NCBI GenBank assembly: GCA_013416795.1 | Contig: RQSC01000018.1 | Coordinates: 193,274 to 257,273, forward strand | Reading direction: 5' to 3' | Origin: Prasinococcaceae sp. CCMP 1430 | Taxonomy: Eukaryota; Plantae; Prasinodermophyta | DNA: 64,000 bases | Notes under the pieces: model-generated | Told to the model about the DNA's origin: nothing | Database searches by the model: none | The model's input: only the letters and a program-made list of their open reading frames with translations | Made by a program: the position numbers and the translations under genes | Shown here: positions 20,610 through 32,605 of the stretch, piece by piece | Position numbering within the stretch: the stretch's first letter is position 1 | Layout: each line of letters begins with the position of its first letter

Positions 20610-21909
20610 TCAGCCCCACCAGCTAGGCATGCCCTGCTCTGCCCGTGAAGCCGCTAGACCTGTGTCGTAGGCGCGCGCCGCCTGCGTAGCGGCGGCCTCG
20701 CTAACGCCGTACCCGTACCCTCCGCTGCGCGGCGCGCGTGGCGCGAGTTGCTTGCGGCGCGGGATGGCGCTCTCTTCAACAAGCGACGGCACGTAGCCGC
20801 CATAGATGGCGCTCTTCGCACCGCGCCCGTGGCCACCGCTCGCGCGCTCGCTCTTGACCACCTGCTCGGGCGAACCGCGGGCCGCGGCACCGGCCGGCAT
20901 GGGCACGTCGCCGCCCCCGTAAATGGCGCGCGCGGCGCTGCGCCCGTGGCCACCACTCGCCTGCGCCATTTTCTGTGGTGACGAGTGAGAGCCACCATTG
21001 CTGCTACCGTCGCCGCCGCCGTAGATTGCATCACGCATGCCGCGACCGTCGCCGCCACTGGCGTTGCGCATTTTGGAGCTGTACTCCCTCACCGGCAAGC
21101 CGCCTGAGTGTGTGGCAGGGGCGGGGGGCGCACTGCCATGCGAGCCAACGTTCGGGTTGGCATTCTCAAAGCTGAGGTTTTCGAGGTGAGGCGCGTCCGC
21201 GTACGGCAACGCGCCAGACGTGGCAGAGCCACCGGGGCCGGACGCAGCTGCTGGCGGCGGCCCGTACGACGCGACCCCTGGCGTGGGGTAGCCACCACCG
21301 ACAGGTTTGGCCGCCTGGTTGCTCGCGGGGTCCAGGTGGCCTGTGCGCGCGCGCAGCTCGGCGAGCTCGCGTTCGAGGTCAGCGATGTCCATGTTGCCGT
21401 ATGCGTCGGGCATGGCCGCTCCCCCACCGCCCGGCGCCTGGCGCCTGTGCTGCGGCAGCGATGATCTACGAGCCGCCTGCAATTGCTCGTGTTCTGCGAG
21501 CTGCGCCTGATACTCGGCGTCCTGAGCCGCGTAGTCAGCGTAGCGCCGAGCCGGTGGGCCACCCCCGCCGATGAGCGACTTCACGCTATTCCCTGACTCG
21601 TATCTGTGGGCGCGCCGAAGTGAAGAGGACGTTGTGACGGATGCGCACGCGCCATGAGTCAGGGCTCGAGGACAGTTTGCGTGTGCGCGTGTGTGTGGTT
21701 TTGTGCGTGATTGAAAGGGAGGGGAGCGTACGTGTTTGTAGGGGGGGAGGGGGGGCTGTGAGCCGGCGCAACTTCCAGCAGCGTGTCGTCGCGCCAGCTG
21801 ACGAGTGACCGCACCTCTTGTACAGATCTGACTGTCGAACGCACGGCCGGGAGCCGAGCAGGTTGCCGACATTCTGGCTTGTGGCCCGCGAATCGTGGCT
21901 ATGGCTCAT
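20610..21909 (-). CDS. Uncharacterised Gly/Ala-rich protein with three SGGxGR...AIYGG repeats; 2 exons (21909-21815, 21603-20610)
   Basis: GT-AG intron 21604-21814 joins LYKR|YESGNSVKSLIG in frame. Confidence 0.65.
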
Positions 21910-22637
21910 GACTTCGCACGATCGTCACCGTCGTGCCCCGCCCGCGCCCCGTCGACAACCCGCCTGAACGCCTATGCAGCGTGCAGCGCCCCTGCTCCGG
22001 CCGCGTCGCACGCAAAGCGCAAGCGCCGCCGTTCCCTTCGGGCGCGTGACGCGGGCGTGCACGCCACCCCGGCGCCGCCCGTCCGCCGCTCCCGCACGCA
22101 CCCAACAAGCCCGCTCGCACCCTGCACCACCTAGCTCCACGCTCGACGCGCCCGATCCCCGCAATCCCAGCACCACACCACCGCCACCTGCCCTGCTCGT
22201 GGTGTGGCGCGGCCGCGGCGGCGGCAGCGGGCCCCGCGCTTTGACCGGGGCGCCCCGCGCGCCCGCCCGTTCAAGGGCCGCGCGCGCGCGCGCGCGGCTG
22301 CCGCGGGACGAGGCGGTGTTTAGGTATGACAAAAAGGGTCCACACATTCATCCGAAGCTACGGCCGATGTTCTCCTGCCACTGCGAATGGCGTGCCAAAC
22401 GCGCGCGAGAACACAACACAACACAAAGTGGGCTTCGGGTTTGTGGGTGCTGCCGCGCGCGCGGGCGCGCAGGCGCGCGCGGGCCGGAGGCGCTCGGGGA
22501 ACGGGCGGACGCAAGCGGCGAAAAGCGCGCGCGGCCGCGAAATGAATTCGAAGCGTACGTGTCGCCAGATTCTACGGCATCGATGCCGTACCGACATGGG
22601 CGGTCCCAAATATTCCCCGGGGCAGCGTCACGCGTCA

Positions 22638-22711
22638 GATGGTACAGTACAGCTGTACCAATTGGTACTGTACCATCACGATGGTACACCATCGAATTTG
22701 CTGTGCAGTAC
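22638..22711. promoter_or_regulatory. Nested palindrome cluster with 7 GTAC cores in the divergent promoter upstream of HCCS
   Basis: Arms GATGGTACAGTAC (22638-22650) and GTACTGTACCATC (22665-22677). Internal perfect palindromes GTACAGCTGTAC and GTACCAATTGGTAC, plus TGTACCATC-AC-GATGGTACA. Confidence 0.55.
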
Positions 22712-22893
22712 GGTATATACCCTCTTTCCTGAACCCTTATTAGGTTCGGGGTCTGCGGGCGACCACAGTGCAGGCCGGTGCGCCGCTGCTGCCGCGCGGC
22801 GGCGTCGGCGGCGCAGCAGAGCGCGGGCGCGAGGCGGTGTGGGCGTGGGCGTGTGTGTGTGTGTGGCGGTGCGGGGTGGTGGTGGTGGCAGCG

Positions 22894-24444
22894 ATGGGTG
22901 CGGCGCAGTCTGCGGAGGGAGGCGCGCCCGGGACGGCGCGGGGGGCGCCCGCGGGCGCCGACGCCTGCCCCATGGCTGGCGACGGCGTCGAGCCACGCCT
23001 CCAGCAGCGCCACGCGCTCCTCGTTGGTGTCGGCGGGCCACCGCCGGCGGGCGGGTCGGCGTGCCCGGTCGTCGGACAGGAGGTGCGTGCGCGGCGGAAG
23101 CGCGGCGGCTTCAGCTTGGCGCGCTCCTGCCGCACCAAAGCGCCTGCGCTCGGCGGCGCCCGCCGGCGCTCGTGGCCGCCCCCTGCCGGTCTCCTGACGC
23201 TGCGCGCGCCGCTGGCGCTGGCGGCCGCCGCCGCGCATTGCAGGGCGGCTCGCAGGGCGAGCCCGTGTACAACGTGTACAGCGAACGCATCAACCCGCTC
23301 AACCGAGTGCCGACAGGCACGAACCGGCCTGGGCTGTCGCCGCAGCAGAAGGTGCCACTGTCGACGGGTCGCGTGCAGAGCACCATCCCCAAGGGCGGCA
23401 CGGACGGGCAGTGGACGTACCCGAGCCCGCAGATGTTCTACAATGCCCTCATGCGCAAGGGCAAGGGCGGCGACGTGCAGGAGTCCGACGTCGCCGACGT
23501 GGTCTCCGTGCACAACGCCATGAACGAGCGCACGTGGCGCCAGGTGCTCGACTTCGAGCGGCTGCACGAGGCCGAGTGCGGCACGCCACGCCTCACGCGC
23601 TTCGAGGGGCGTCCTTTCGACCTCAGCCCGCTTGCGCGCCTATACACGCTCATGGGCTACACCGCTCCCTTCGACCGCCACGATTGGTACGTCGACCGAT
23701 GCGGCAAGCAGGTGCGCTACGTCATCGACTTCTACTACGACGAGGCGCAGGGGGTGGAGGGCGAGGGCGCGGACGCGGGCGCCACCGGGGAGACGCCTAC
23801 CGGCGCGGCGATGCGCATGATCACCGTCGATGCACGGCCCGCGCTCGACTCACCCGAGGCGGCGTGGGACCGCCTGCGCAAGTGGATGGCCGGCCCGTCG
23901 AGCGTCGCAAGTGTCCCAACGAGCGTCGAGCAGCCGCGCACGGCGGAGGAGCGGGAGGCGGCCCAGGTCCCCGCGCTAGGGCAGCGTGAGGTGCGTGGCG
24001 CGCGTTGCGCGCACGCCCATCGCGCGCTGTGCTCCCGCGTTTGCGCTGACTCACCTTGCCGCCGTTGTCGCCATGTGTTGGGGCGCGCAGGGCCCCGCTG
24101 CGGCGAAGATGCGCCAGCTGCAATCGGACTGCGCGCCGTGCTTCAAGGCGACACAGACGTGCGAGGACGAAATCGCGTGCTACGCCGCAGGCGCGGCGCT
24201 TGAGCTGTGCATGGCACGCGTGCTGTGTCCGGCGAAGGCCGACAGGCTCGCGATGGCAATGGACAGGAATGAACGTGCGTCGTCGGCCGCGGCTGAGGTC
24301 GATGGCGTCGGCGGCGTGCGTGCCTGGTGGCGACGGCGCGGCGCGGCGGGCGCCGCGCGCGCTGAGGACAGGGCGCGCAGCGCGGTGCAGACGGAGATCG
24401 AGTCCTTCCGCGCAAAGCTGCGTAAAGAGGTCGGCCTGGAGTGA
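22894..24444 (+). CDS. HCCS: Holocytochrome c synthase (cytochrome c heme lyase, system III); 3 exons (22894-23082, 23244-23990, 24091-24444)
   Basis: MGAAQS N-terminus, two CP motifs (ACPM, ACPV), WTYPSPQMFYNALMRKGK, HNAMNERTW, PFDRHDWYVDRCGKQVRYVIDFY, VDARPALD. Both introns are GT-AG and phase 0. Confidence 0.93.
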
Positions 24445-24930
24445 GCGCATTCGCGCGCACCGAACACCAGCTATCTGACTTCCCGCTGTGCGATAGCGCC
24501 CCATACTTTCCGCGCGCCCAGCCCAACGAGCGGCGCGGCGTGCTGCTGGTCTGTTCAAACATGTTTTTGTTTCTTTATGTCGTTCCGGCGCGCGAGGCAC
24601 CGCGCGGGCGGTGGCTGCTAGTGCCACACCTCGCCGCGTCGCCGCCGTACGTCGCCACAAATCTCCGTCGACGCTTTGATAACTAGCGCTTGGGGGCGAC
24701 ACTGGTTGCCCCCATCCTTAACTTCTACTAACTGGTAGAGTGTTGTAAAGCTGCTGGCTCGCGCCGCGGGCTCGTCCTAGTGCCGAGTCTCACGGCGGAG
24801 AAAAGAATGCTTGCCGCGCGCACACACGCAGCGCCTACTGTAGCCGTGCCGATGACCATGACCAAACGAATGCCTAGCTGTGTGGTGAGACCGCGGGAAC
24901 ACTGCGACTGCGCGGCCCGTCTCGCGGTGC

Positions 24931-26743
24931 TCAGATGGCCAGCGTCTGCAGCATCGACGACGACAGCTGCTCCATGTAGAGCGGCGAGTTGCTGTCGGCA
25001 TCGTCCACCGAGCCAACGTCCGCATCGCCGACGGTGCCTAGCAGGTCGGCGGGGAGCGCGAATTGCAGGGATGAGTCATCCAGGCCGCCCGCGTCGGCCG
25101 CGGTGTCACCTCTCGATCCGGAGCGCATGATGCCGCCCCCAAGCATGAGGTTGCGCGAGGTGCCCGTCGAGCGGCGCGAGTTTCCGGGCACGAAGGCCGG
25201 CGCCGACGACTTGAGGTCCGTGCCAACATCCCCACCATCCTGCTGGTGGTGCGTGTACATCGCCGGAGAGCCGTCGCCTGGCGACGCCGGCAGCGACTCG
25301 GGAGACGCGCTCCCGTCCAGCACGCTCACCGGCGTCGCGCTGGCCTCGATGTCTTCCTGAGCGGGTAGCTGCGCTAGCGCCGCGGCATACATGTCCGCCG
25401 CTGCCGACACTGCCGAAGCGTCCACCGAGTCGAGCGGCGCCTGGCGCGGCTGCGCGACGAAGCCCTTCGCCGGCGGCGGGCCGGGCGGCAGGGGGGGGGC
25501 GCCACCGCCACCGGTGTTTCCCCAAAGGCGTGCTACAGCAGGCGGTGGGGTCGCCGTGACGTGCGCCGACTGGCCATCCGATCGCGCCTTGCTCGGAGGC
25601 GGCCCGGGAGGTAGCGGTGGCGCCGCCCCGCCGAGCCGCGATGGGGGCGGGCCCTTCGGCAGCGGCGGGCGCTGATACCCGCCATCCGCGGCGGCCCCGG
25701 CGGGTGGCCGGGTCGGAGGAAGGGGTGGCTGCCAGTACGACGCACCGCCGCCCTCTTGGGCGCGCTCGGCGCCTGGAGGCGGCGGCCCGGGCGGCGGCGG
25801 CGGCTGCGACCTCGCCACCGTCCCACGCCGCGCCGCCAGGTGCGCCGGGGGCGCCCCCGGCGGAAGCGGCGGGGGTATACCGGGGGGGAGGGGCGGCTGG
25901 CCGCCATGCGGGTACCTCCTGTGCGCGCCCGGCGGCGGTTGCGGCGGCAGCGGCGGCTGGCCTACGCGCCCCCTGACGCTCAGTGAGCGCAGCGCAGTCT
26001 CCACATCGCCACCGGCGTTGGCCACCGCCGCGTAGACAACCGTCGCCGCCGTGCCGGCGGCTATGGCCTGATCCACGCGCACCATCTGCGCCGCGATGTC
26101 GACGGGCGCGGGCGCGCGGCCCACCAGGCACGACGCTAGGTTGCTCTGGTCTTGCGCCACAGGATCCTCCATCAGGAACGCGGACGCCCCCTGCAAATCG
26201 TCGCCGTAGAGCTGCACCGCCACGGCGGCCTGCCACTCCGCGAAGCCCATCGCAGTCAGCTGCGCCGCGGCGAGCGAGCGGCGCCACACCACGACCGCGT
26301 CTGCGCACATCGCACGCATGCCCTCGCTGCCGTCGGCCGCACTGCCGACCTGCAGCGAGTGCTGCTGCGCAGAACGACCGCCGCGTCGCCCGCCCCCAGT
26401 ATTACCGCTACCCCCGCCACTACCTCCCCGCTGCTGGTGCTGCGCGTGGCCGTGGCCGTGCCCGTGCTCGGCCTGCTGCTGCTGGCGCCTCTTGGCGCGC
26501 TGCGCACTGCGGCGCTCATTCTTCGACTGGGACTGCGGCGCGCACAGAAACAAAAAGAGCGAAGCATGGCGTGTGGCGGGGCGAGCGCGCGAAGAGGTGG
26601 CGTCAGCACGCGCAGCCGCTCATGCGCGTCCCCGGCGGCAAGAACGGCGCGGCGGAGGACGCGCCCGAGCACGACGCCACGGTCGCAGAGCCGTGGAACG
26701 AGATGGGGTTGATGGGGAGGGCGGCCGCGCCGCGCCGCGCCAT
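24931..26743 (-). CDS. UBA-like domain protein with Pro-rich low-complexity region; first exon tentative (26743 to about 26681), main exon from 26532
   Basis: AAQLTAMGFAEWQAAVAVQLYGDDLQGASAFL is UBA-like, with a second UBA-like stretch (AVANAGGDVETALRSL). Acceptor cag|TCC at 26532. Confidence 0.6.
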
Positions 26744-27599
26744 GTCGCGCTTCCGCCCCGCTGCCTGGCCGCGCGTTTTTTTTTTTTGCCGATCGCTCCG
26801 CGGCAGCGACGTCCGCTGCCGCCGCCCCAGCCGCGCCCCTTCCTTCCTCCGCCGCCCCCTTCCCCTCCTCCCCCCCCGCGCGCGCCGCCCGTGCTCCCGA
26901 ACCCCTCCACGCGGAGGCGCGATTCCGCCGGGCCGGGCCAGGTAGGAGCGAGCGTGCCTCCGCCGCAAGCGCTGCCGCCGCGGCGGCGGCGGCGGCTGCC
27001 GCGGNCCTGCGCGGTGCGTGTACTGTCGTGCGCGACCAAATCGCACGCGCATGCGTTGCAGCGCGCGCGCACGCGCGAGTGTGAGCGCTGCGTCAGCTGG
27101 CGGATCGCGCAGGCGAGGCGCCAGGTGCCCCCCGCAGCACCTCGAACACGCACGCGGCGTACGCGCGGCGCGAAGCCTCGCAAAACGCGCCGGCGAAAGC
27201 GCCTCCCGCGAAACGCCCCGACGCTATCGCCGCGCACGCGAACGCGCGCGCGCCCGCGCGCGCCCGCGCGCGCCGAAAACGTCCCGCTCCGGAAAAAAAA
27301 ATGGCATCGTCCCTGCCTGCGGTGCAGCGCCTCTCTGGTTCCCTCCACGGATGGATGGCATCCGGCTCCCGCGCGCACACATCCGATTGTACTGACGATT
27401 TGATGGCAAACAGCCTTTTCGATCGAGCGTTGCCCGGACGCCGGCGCGCTCCCGTCCGGGTCGCGGCGCATCCGATGCGACATTTGGGGTCAATGCGAAA
27501 GAGGGTTTAATTTCTGGTCTGCGCAGCATGCCTCGCGCGTGGCGTCGTCGCGCCGCGGCGCGCCGGGCGCGGAGGCGCCTCCCGCCTCGGCCTCGCGCG

Positions 27600-28235
27600 A
27601 TGAACGTCCTCACGCAGATTCGCAACCGCCAGCGCGACACGCTCGCCGAGGTCGCACGCGGCGTGCCCGACAGCGCCTCGTGGCACGCCGAGTTCGCCGA
27701 CTCGGCGTACGTGTTCGTGGGCGGCCTGGCGTACGGCCTCACGGAGGGCGACGTGCTCGCCGTGATGTCGCAGTTCGGCGAGGTGGTGGACGTGCAGCTT
27801 GCGCGCGACGAGGAGACTGGCAAGTCCAAGGGCTTCGCGCACGTCGCGTACGACGACCAGCGCTCGACGGTCCTCGCGGTGGACAACCTGAGCGGCGCGA
27901 CGGTCGCCGGACGCGTCGTCAACGTGGACCACGTCAAGGAGTTCAGGAGGAAGGTGCCCAAGCCCGCGGAGGGGGAGGAGGGCGACGAGGGGAAAGGCGA
28001 TCGCGGGGGCGCCGACGCGCGCGCCGGGCCGGCCGCGCTCCCGCCGCCAACGGTCGCGCCACGCGTGCCGCCGCCGCGCGCGCCCGCGGGGCCCCGCGCG
28101 GCTGCAGCCAGAATCAGAGAATTCGTTCGCTCGAGCGCACCAGCCTGGCGGGGCGAAGCTCACGGGCTGGCTGGATGGGACGGGGGTGGGTGCCATGCAT
28201 GTCGTGCCGTGCCGTGCCGTGGGCCCAGTCTGTGA
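27600..28235 (+). CDS. RBMX2: RES-complex RRM protein RBMX2/Snu17(IST3)
   Basis: MNVLTQI..SWHAEFADSAYVFVGGLAYGLTEGDVLAVMSQFGE..RDEETGKSKGFA..YDDQRSTVLAVDNLSG..VDH. Confidence 0.9.
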   Translation: MNVLTQIRNRQRDTLAEVARGVPDSASWHAEFADSAYVFVGGLAYGLTEGDVLAVMSQFGEVVDVQLARDEETGKSKGFAHVAYDDQRSTVLAVDNLSGATVAGRVVNVDHVKEFRRKVPKPAEGEEGDEGKGDRGGADARAGPAALPPPTVAPRVPPPRAPAGPRAAAARIREFVRSSAPAWRGEAHGLAGWDGGGCHACRAVPCRGPSL

Positions 28236-28910
28236 GCCAGTCCGCCACGGCCACAGCCAGGAGGGCACGACACCGCGCTCGATCGATCGATCTATGAATC
28301 GTACAGGGGAGTGAGCGGCGGCCGGGCGCACGTCGGAATGGCGGGGGGCGCGTCCGTCGCGGGGTCGCGTTCCCCGACCGACAGACGAGCCGCGCGCGCG
28401 CGCGCGTGGCGGGAAGGCACGGGGGATGCAAGTGACGTGGCGTGGAAGGGGCGTGGCACGAATTTCGATTTCGTGCGGGGCAGCCTCGCCAAAGTTTTGG
28501 CTGGCGAGGGGGCGTTCCTCCCAAGCAAAAGAACCAACCCCAACCAACCGGCTCGGTCAGTGAGGTGTGTGCTCGCGAGTCCTGGTGCGCGGGGCGCGCG
28601 CGGCCGGCCGGGGTCGAGCTCCGCGCCGGGCGAGCGCGGGCGCGCCACAGACGCGCTCCCGGGCGCTCGACTCCCTCCCCGCTGCGAAAGAGAGCCGCGC
28701 AGGAGGGGGCGCGCACGTGCAACTCCACCCACCCACCCACGCACCCCGCCCGAGGCTGCTGCACGCGCGGGCGAAGAAGTCGCCACACCAGCAGCGAGCT
28801 TACAGAGCGGGGCAAGGCGCAGCTCGCCGGCAGTGGGCCTGTGCGCCCACGCTTGCCTCATTTGCCCGCGGAGTCCGTGAGCGCGCAGCAAGATCGGGAC
28901 GCCGGGCGGC

Positions 28911-29696
28911 ATGCGCAGGTACAGCAGAGGCGACGACAGCGACGTGAGCGAAGAGAGCGAGGCGATCCTCATCGGCTCGCCCGATGGGTGGAGCGCGCCC
29001 GCTTCGCGTCCATCCGGGGCGCCACCGCGCGGATCACCCGGCCTGGGTTCCGTCAAGGGATGGTTCAAGAAGAGGCTTGGTAGGGGCATGCCCACGGTCC
29101 AAGAAACGCCCAAGGCCAGGGATGCATACTCGTATGCTACCCGCGGCGACAGTTCGCTGAACGAGGCGCTCGGAGAAGGTGCGGTCCACCCTGTTGCCAA
29201 TACACGTCGCGTGGCTTGGGGTGAGCCGGACGCGGTCGACAACTCCAAACCGCGCGCATGGGGCACTACGACTGAGGATGTGGAACGCGAGGCGTCGGAC
29301 CGCGCTCGCGCTGCTGCGCTGGCGCTCGCCGACCAGTACGAGGCCGAGGCGGCGCAGCTGAAGAAGGAGGTGCAATGTGACACCGACGCGGCGCTTGCGC
29401 GGAGACTGCAGAGGGCTGAGTTGGGCCAGGGAAATAACTCTCGGGCGAACGCTCTCGCGGGTGCGAGCGGCAGCGCATCCGGCTCGGGAGGGGCGCTTAC
29501 CCGTGGCAGTACCTTCACGGACGGGATGACTGCCTCGCGAGCGCGCGTGGCGCGCAAAGATGCGAAGAAGTTCTGGAGCAGCGCCGCAAAAAAGGCGGCG
29601 CGGTTGGGCGGAGTGTCCACCGACTATGTCAGGTCGCGCGCTGCGCAGGACTTGAAGGGGCGCAAAATCGACTCGGTCGACCGCAAACGGAGATAG
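28911..29696 (+). CDS. Hypothetical protein with a possible ubiquitin-binding helix (DAALARRLQRAE)
   Basis: 261-aa ATG-initiated ORF between RBMX2 and the convergent GCP2. Protein-like composition, no recognised family. Confidence 0.5.
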   Translation: MRRYSRGDDSDVSEESEAILIGSPDGWSAPASRPSGAPPRGSPGLGSVKGWFKKRLGRGMPTVQETPKARDAYSYATRGDSSLNEALGEGAVHPVANTRRVAWGEPDAVDNSKPRAWGTTTEDVEREASDRARAAALALADQYEAEAAQLKKEVQCDTDAALARRLQRAELGQGNNSRANALAGASGSASGSGGALTRGSTFTDGMTASRARVARKDAKKFWSSAAKKAARLGGVSTDYVRSRAAQDLKGRKIDSVDRKRR

Positions 29697-29805
29697 GCGA
29701 CCCCGCGCGGCACCACACGCCCGCTGCTTGATGTATAATAATACGCGTGCATTAATCACTCGCTCGGGCGCGCGGGCGCGCGTGCACGCTGCGTATTTGC
29801 CCCCC

Positions 29806-32521
29806 TCACGCGATGCCTTGCGCCTGTAGCCGCGTGGCGAGGAATGCCAGGTGCGGCTCCAGCTGGCTGACGCCGCGCAGCCGGTCGAGCAGCGCACGCT
29901 GCTCACGGTCGAACGCCGCGTCGAGCGCGCGCAACTGTGCCACGACGGCGGCCCCTCCCGACCCTCCCGCCCCGCCGCCTTCGGTATCCTCCGCCGCGGC
30001 AATGGCGATGGCGGCGAACGCCAGGCTTGCCGCGCGCAGCCTCGCGAGTGCGTCCGCGAGCGCTGGCCGGTACAGCAGCGTCAGCGCCATCGCGCGGTCC
30101 AGGAAGGCGCCGTGCGCCGCCATCGCGCCGTCGGCGTCGGGAGCGGCGGCGAGCGCCGCCTCCATGTCAGCCCACGTGGGCTCTATCACTTCGAACGACA
30201 CGTAGTGCTCGTACATGCGCCAGAAGTGCAACATGCGCTGCAAGCCAGCACAGCACGCCATCATCCGCAGACGGCCGCGCTCTTCCCAGGCGGTGCGCGC
30301 ACGTTGCTGCGCCTGCCACGCGGCGCGCAGCTCGCGCTGCACGTGGTGGCACGCCAGCAGGTGGCGGAAGAGAAGCTGGTACTTGAAGACCGACGCACGG
30401 CTCAGCACGAGGCTCAGCGGGAAGGGAGCTGCGTACTCCAGCGTGAGCATGTCCAGCGCGGGCGTGACATCGCGCGGAACGGGCGCCTGCTCCTCAGGCG
30501 CCTCGCCGCCGACCAGCACCGAGAGCTGCGCCGCCACCGAGTGCGGCGCGAGCGCAACCTGCACCGCGCCGGCGAAGGGGTCGTCCACAGCTGCCGAATT
30601 GTGCTGCGCGACCGTCATCAGGCCCTGCAGCGCGCTCTCTTGCACTTCGGCGGTCGGACGCTGCAGCTCCGACGTTGCGAGGTCAAGGAAGTGCACTAGC
30701 CAGTCGCCGCGGTCCAGCAGGAAGTAGTGCTTCAGCGAGCGCAGGCGCGCGAGGAGCTCGCCGTTCGCCTTCACTGCGGCGAGCAGCCCAACCGCTGCGC
30801 TGCGCTGCGCGCTCATTACCCGCTCCTCCAGCGCGCGATTGCCCGGCGCGTACGAGAGCGGTGCGTCACCCGATTGTCGCTGCGGCGCCGAGTCCACCTT
30901 GTGGCCGGCGTCCTTGGCGGCGTTGATGTGCTTGCCCGCCGCGAGCACCATCGGCGCGACAGGGCGCAGCATGTTGGGCACGCCCTCCTGCCGCAGGCGA
31001 TAGCGGCCCGTCCAGTAGGCGCTGTTCCCGTCCTGCGCCATGCTCGCAGGCGACACCCCATCCACGCTCACCATCATGAACTCGTCGTACGGGTCCTCGA
31101 CGTCTCCGCGGTAGATCCAAGCCTCGAGGGCGGCCAGGCACGGGGTGGCAGCAGCCTGCAGCAGGTGCAAAATGAGCTGCTGGCCCGCGCTATCTCCGGC
31201 CTCACGCTTGGCGGCGATTTCCAGCACGTCCAGCAGCACCGCGCAGCCGCGTGAGTTTGGCGCTTGCTCCGCTGCATACACCACCCCGGCGAGCGTCCGC
31301 ATCGCCGCTGCGCTCGGCTCGCACCACAGCCACATGCTCTGCAATGTCAACGACCCCTGCCGCGCCTGGCTCTCCAGCTGCGCCAGCAGGAGGTCGAAGT
31401 CGCGCAGCACCGCACGCAACGCCGCACCAAGCGCCTGCGCTGTCATCCGCCCACCGATGGGGCTCTGGCCGCCTGTGCCGAGGCACTGCTCGGCGAACGC
31501 CTCCACCGCGACGCGGTCCGCGCACAGTGGCAGCAGGCGCGCCGTCAGCGCCGCCAGGCTTGCGTCCGCCGTCGAGTCCAGCACGAACGCACCCGCCCTC
31601 TCCGCTTTCCTCGCGACGAACACGCCGTCAATGCCGCCAAGCGCGTAGAGCAGATCGTCCAGGATGAATGCCTCCTGCGCCGATCGGTCGTACGAACCAA
31701 GCGGCAGCGCCTGCTTTGGCCCCGACCCAGGGGCGGGCCCCATGTCGAGCGCCCGCGCTGCCCCTCCGCGCGACGCAGCGATGTCTGCCCTCGTGCGCGC
31801 CGCGTCAGGGCGCCGCCGGTCCATCGCCACCGCCGCGGCCGCCGCCACGGGCTCCGCCGCGCTTGGTCTGTCCGCTGCTCCGTTGGCCCGGAGGCGCAGC
31901 CTCTCCTCTGGGTCGCTCTCGTAGAGGCCGTTGCTGCGCGTCTGGAACGAGGACGGCGAGTCGATCGGCGCACTCGCTGAGCTCGCAGCGGCGCGCTGCG
32001 GCGACGCCGCTGCGGAGGGCCGCACGGGGCTACCCCGCGCGCTGAACTGGCCGGGTGCCCGCCTCGACGGCGACGCGGGCGGCGTGGCGTGCCTCCCAAG
32101 CCGGCGGGGGTGGCGTGGCGTGCCTCCCAGGCGGCCGCGGCGGCGGCGCAGCGGGCGCTGCGCCACCCGCGGCTTGCGTGGTGAGCAGGGCTTTGAGCTG
32201 CGGGTCCTGCGCGATGCGGCCGAGCACAACGAGGTATCTATCCAGCCCGCTGTTCCTGCCCGCGCGATCAGCAAGCCGCTCGTACGCGCCGCGGAACGCG
32301 TCGGGGTCGGGCGCCGAGTCCTGCAGCGCGCGCAGCGCCTTTGCGCCCACCGCCGGCGTCACACTGTACCCGCCCACCATTGAGCCGAGCATGGACGTGG
32401 CGGCCTTGGCCACGCCAGTCTCGAGCTCGCCGCAGCCCATCGCGCGGTACAGCGTTCGCACCGCCTCGGACAGCGCTGCGCTGGTCCCCTCGGGCGCCGC
32501 CTGCATCCGCGCGCCCGCCAT
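29806..32521 (-). CDS. GCP2: Gamma-tubulin complex component 2 (Spc97/GCP2); reading frame shifts at a 31-nt tandem duplication (32081-32129)
   Basis: QEAFILDDLLYALGGIDG, LTLQSMWLWCEP, WIYRGDVEDPYDEFM, SLKHYFLLDRGDWLVHFLD, PFPLSLVLSR..YQLLFRHL. The N-terminal part (ATG 32521) lies in a different frame from the GRIP domains. Confidence 0.88.
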
Positions 32522-32605
32522 CGCGCCGCGCCGCGATTCGAAAAAAAAGGCGGGCGCGCGCCCCCGCGCGCGCGCGCGCACGANNNNNNNNNNNNNNNNN
32601 NNNNN

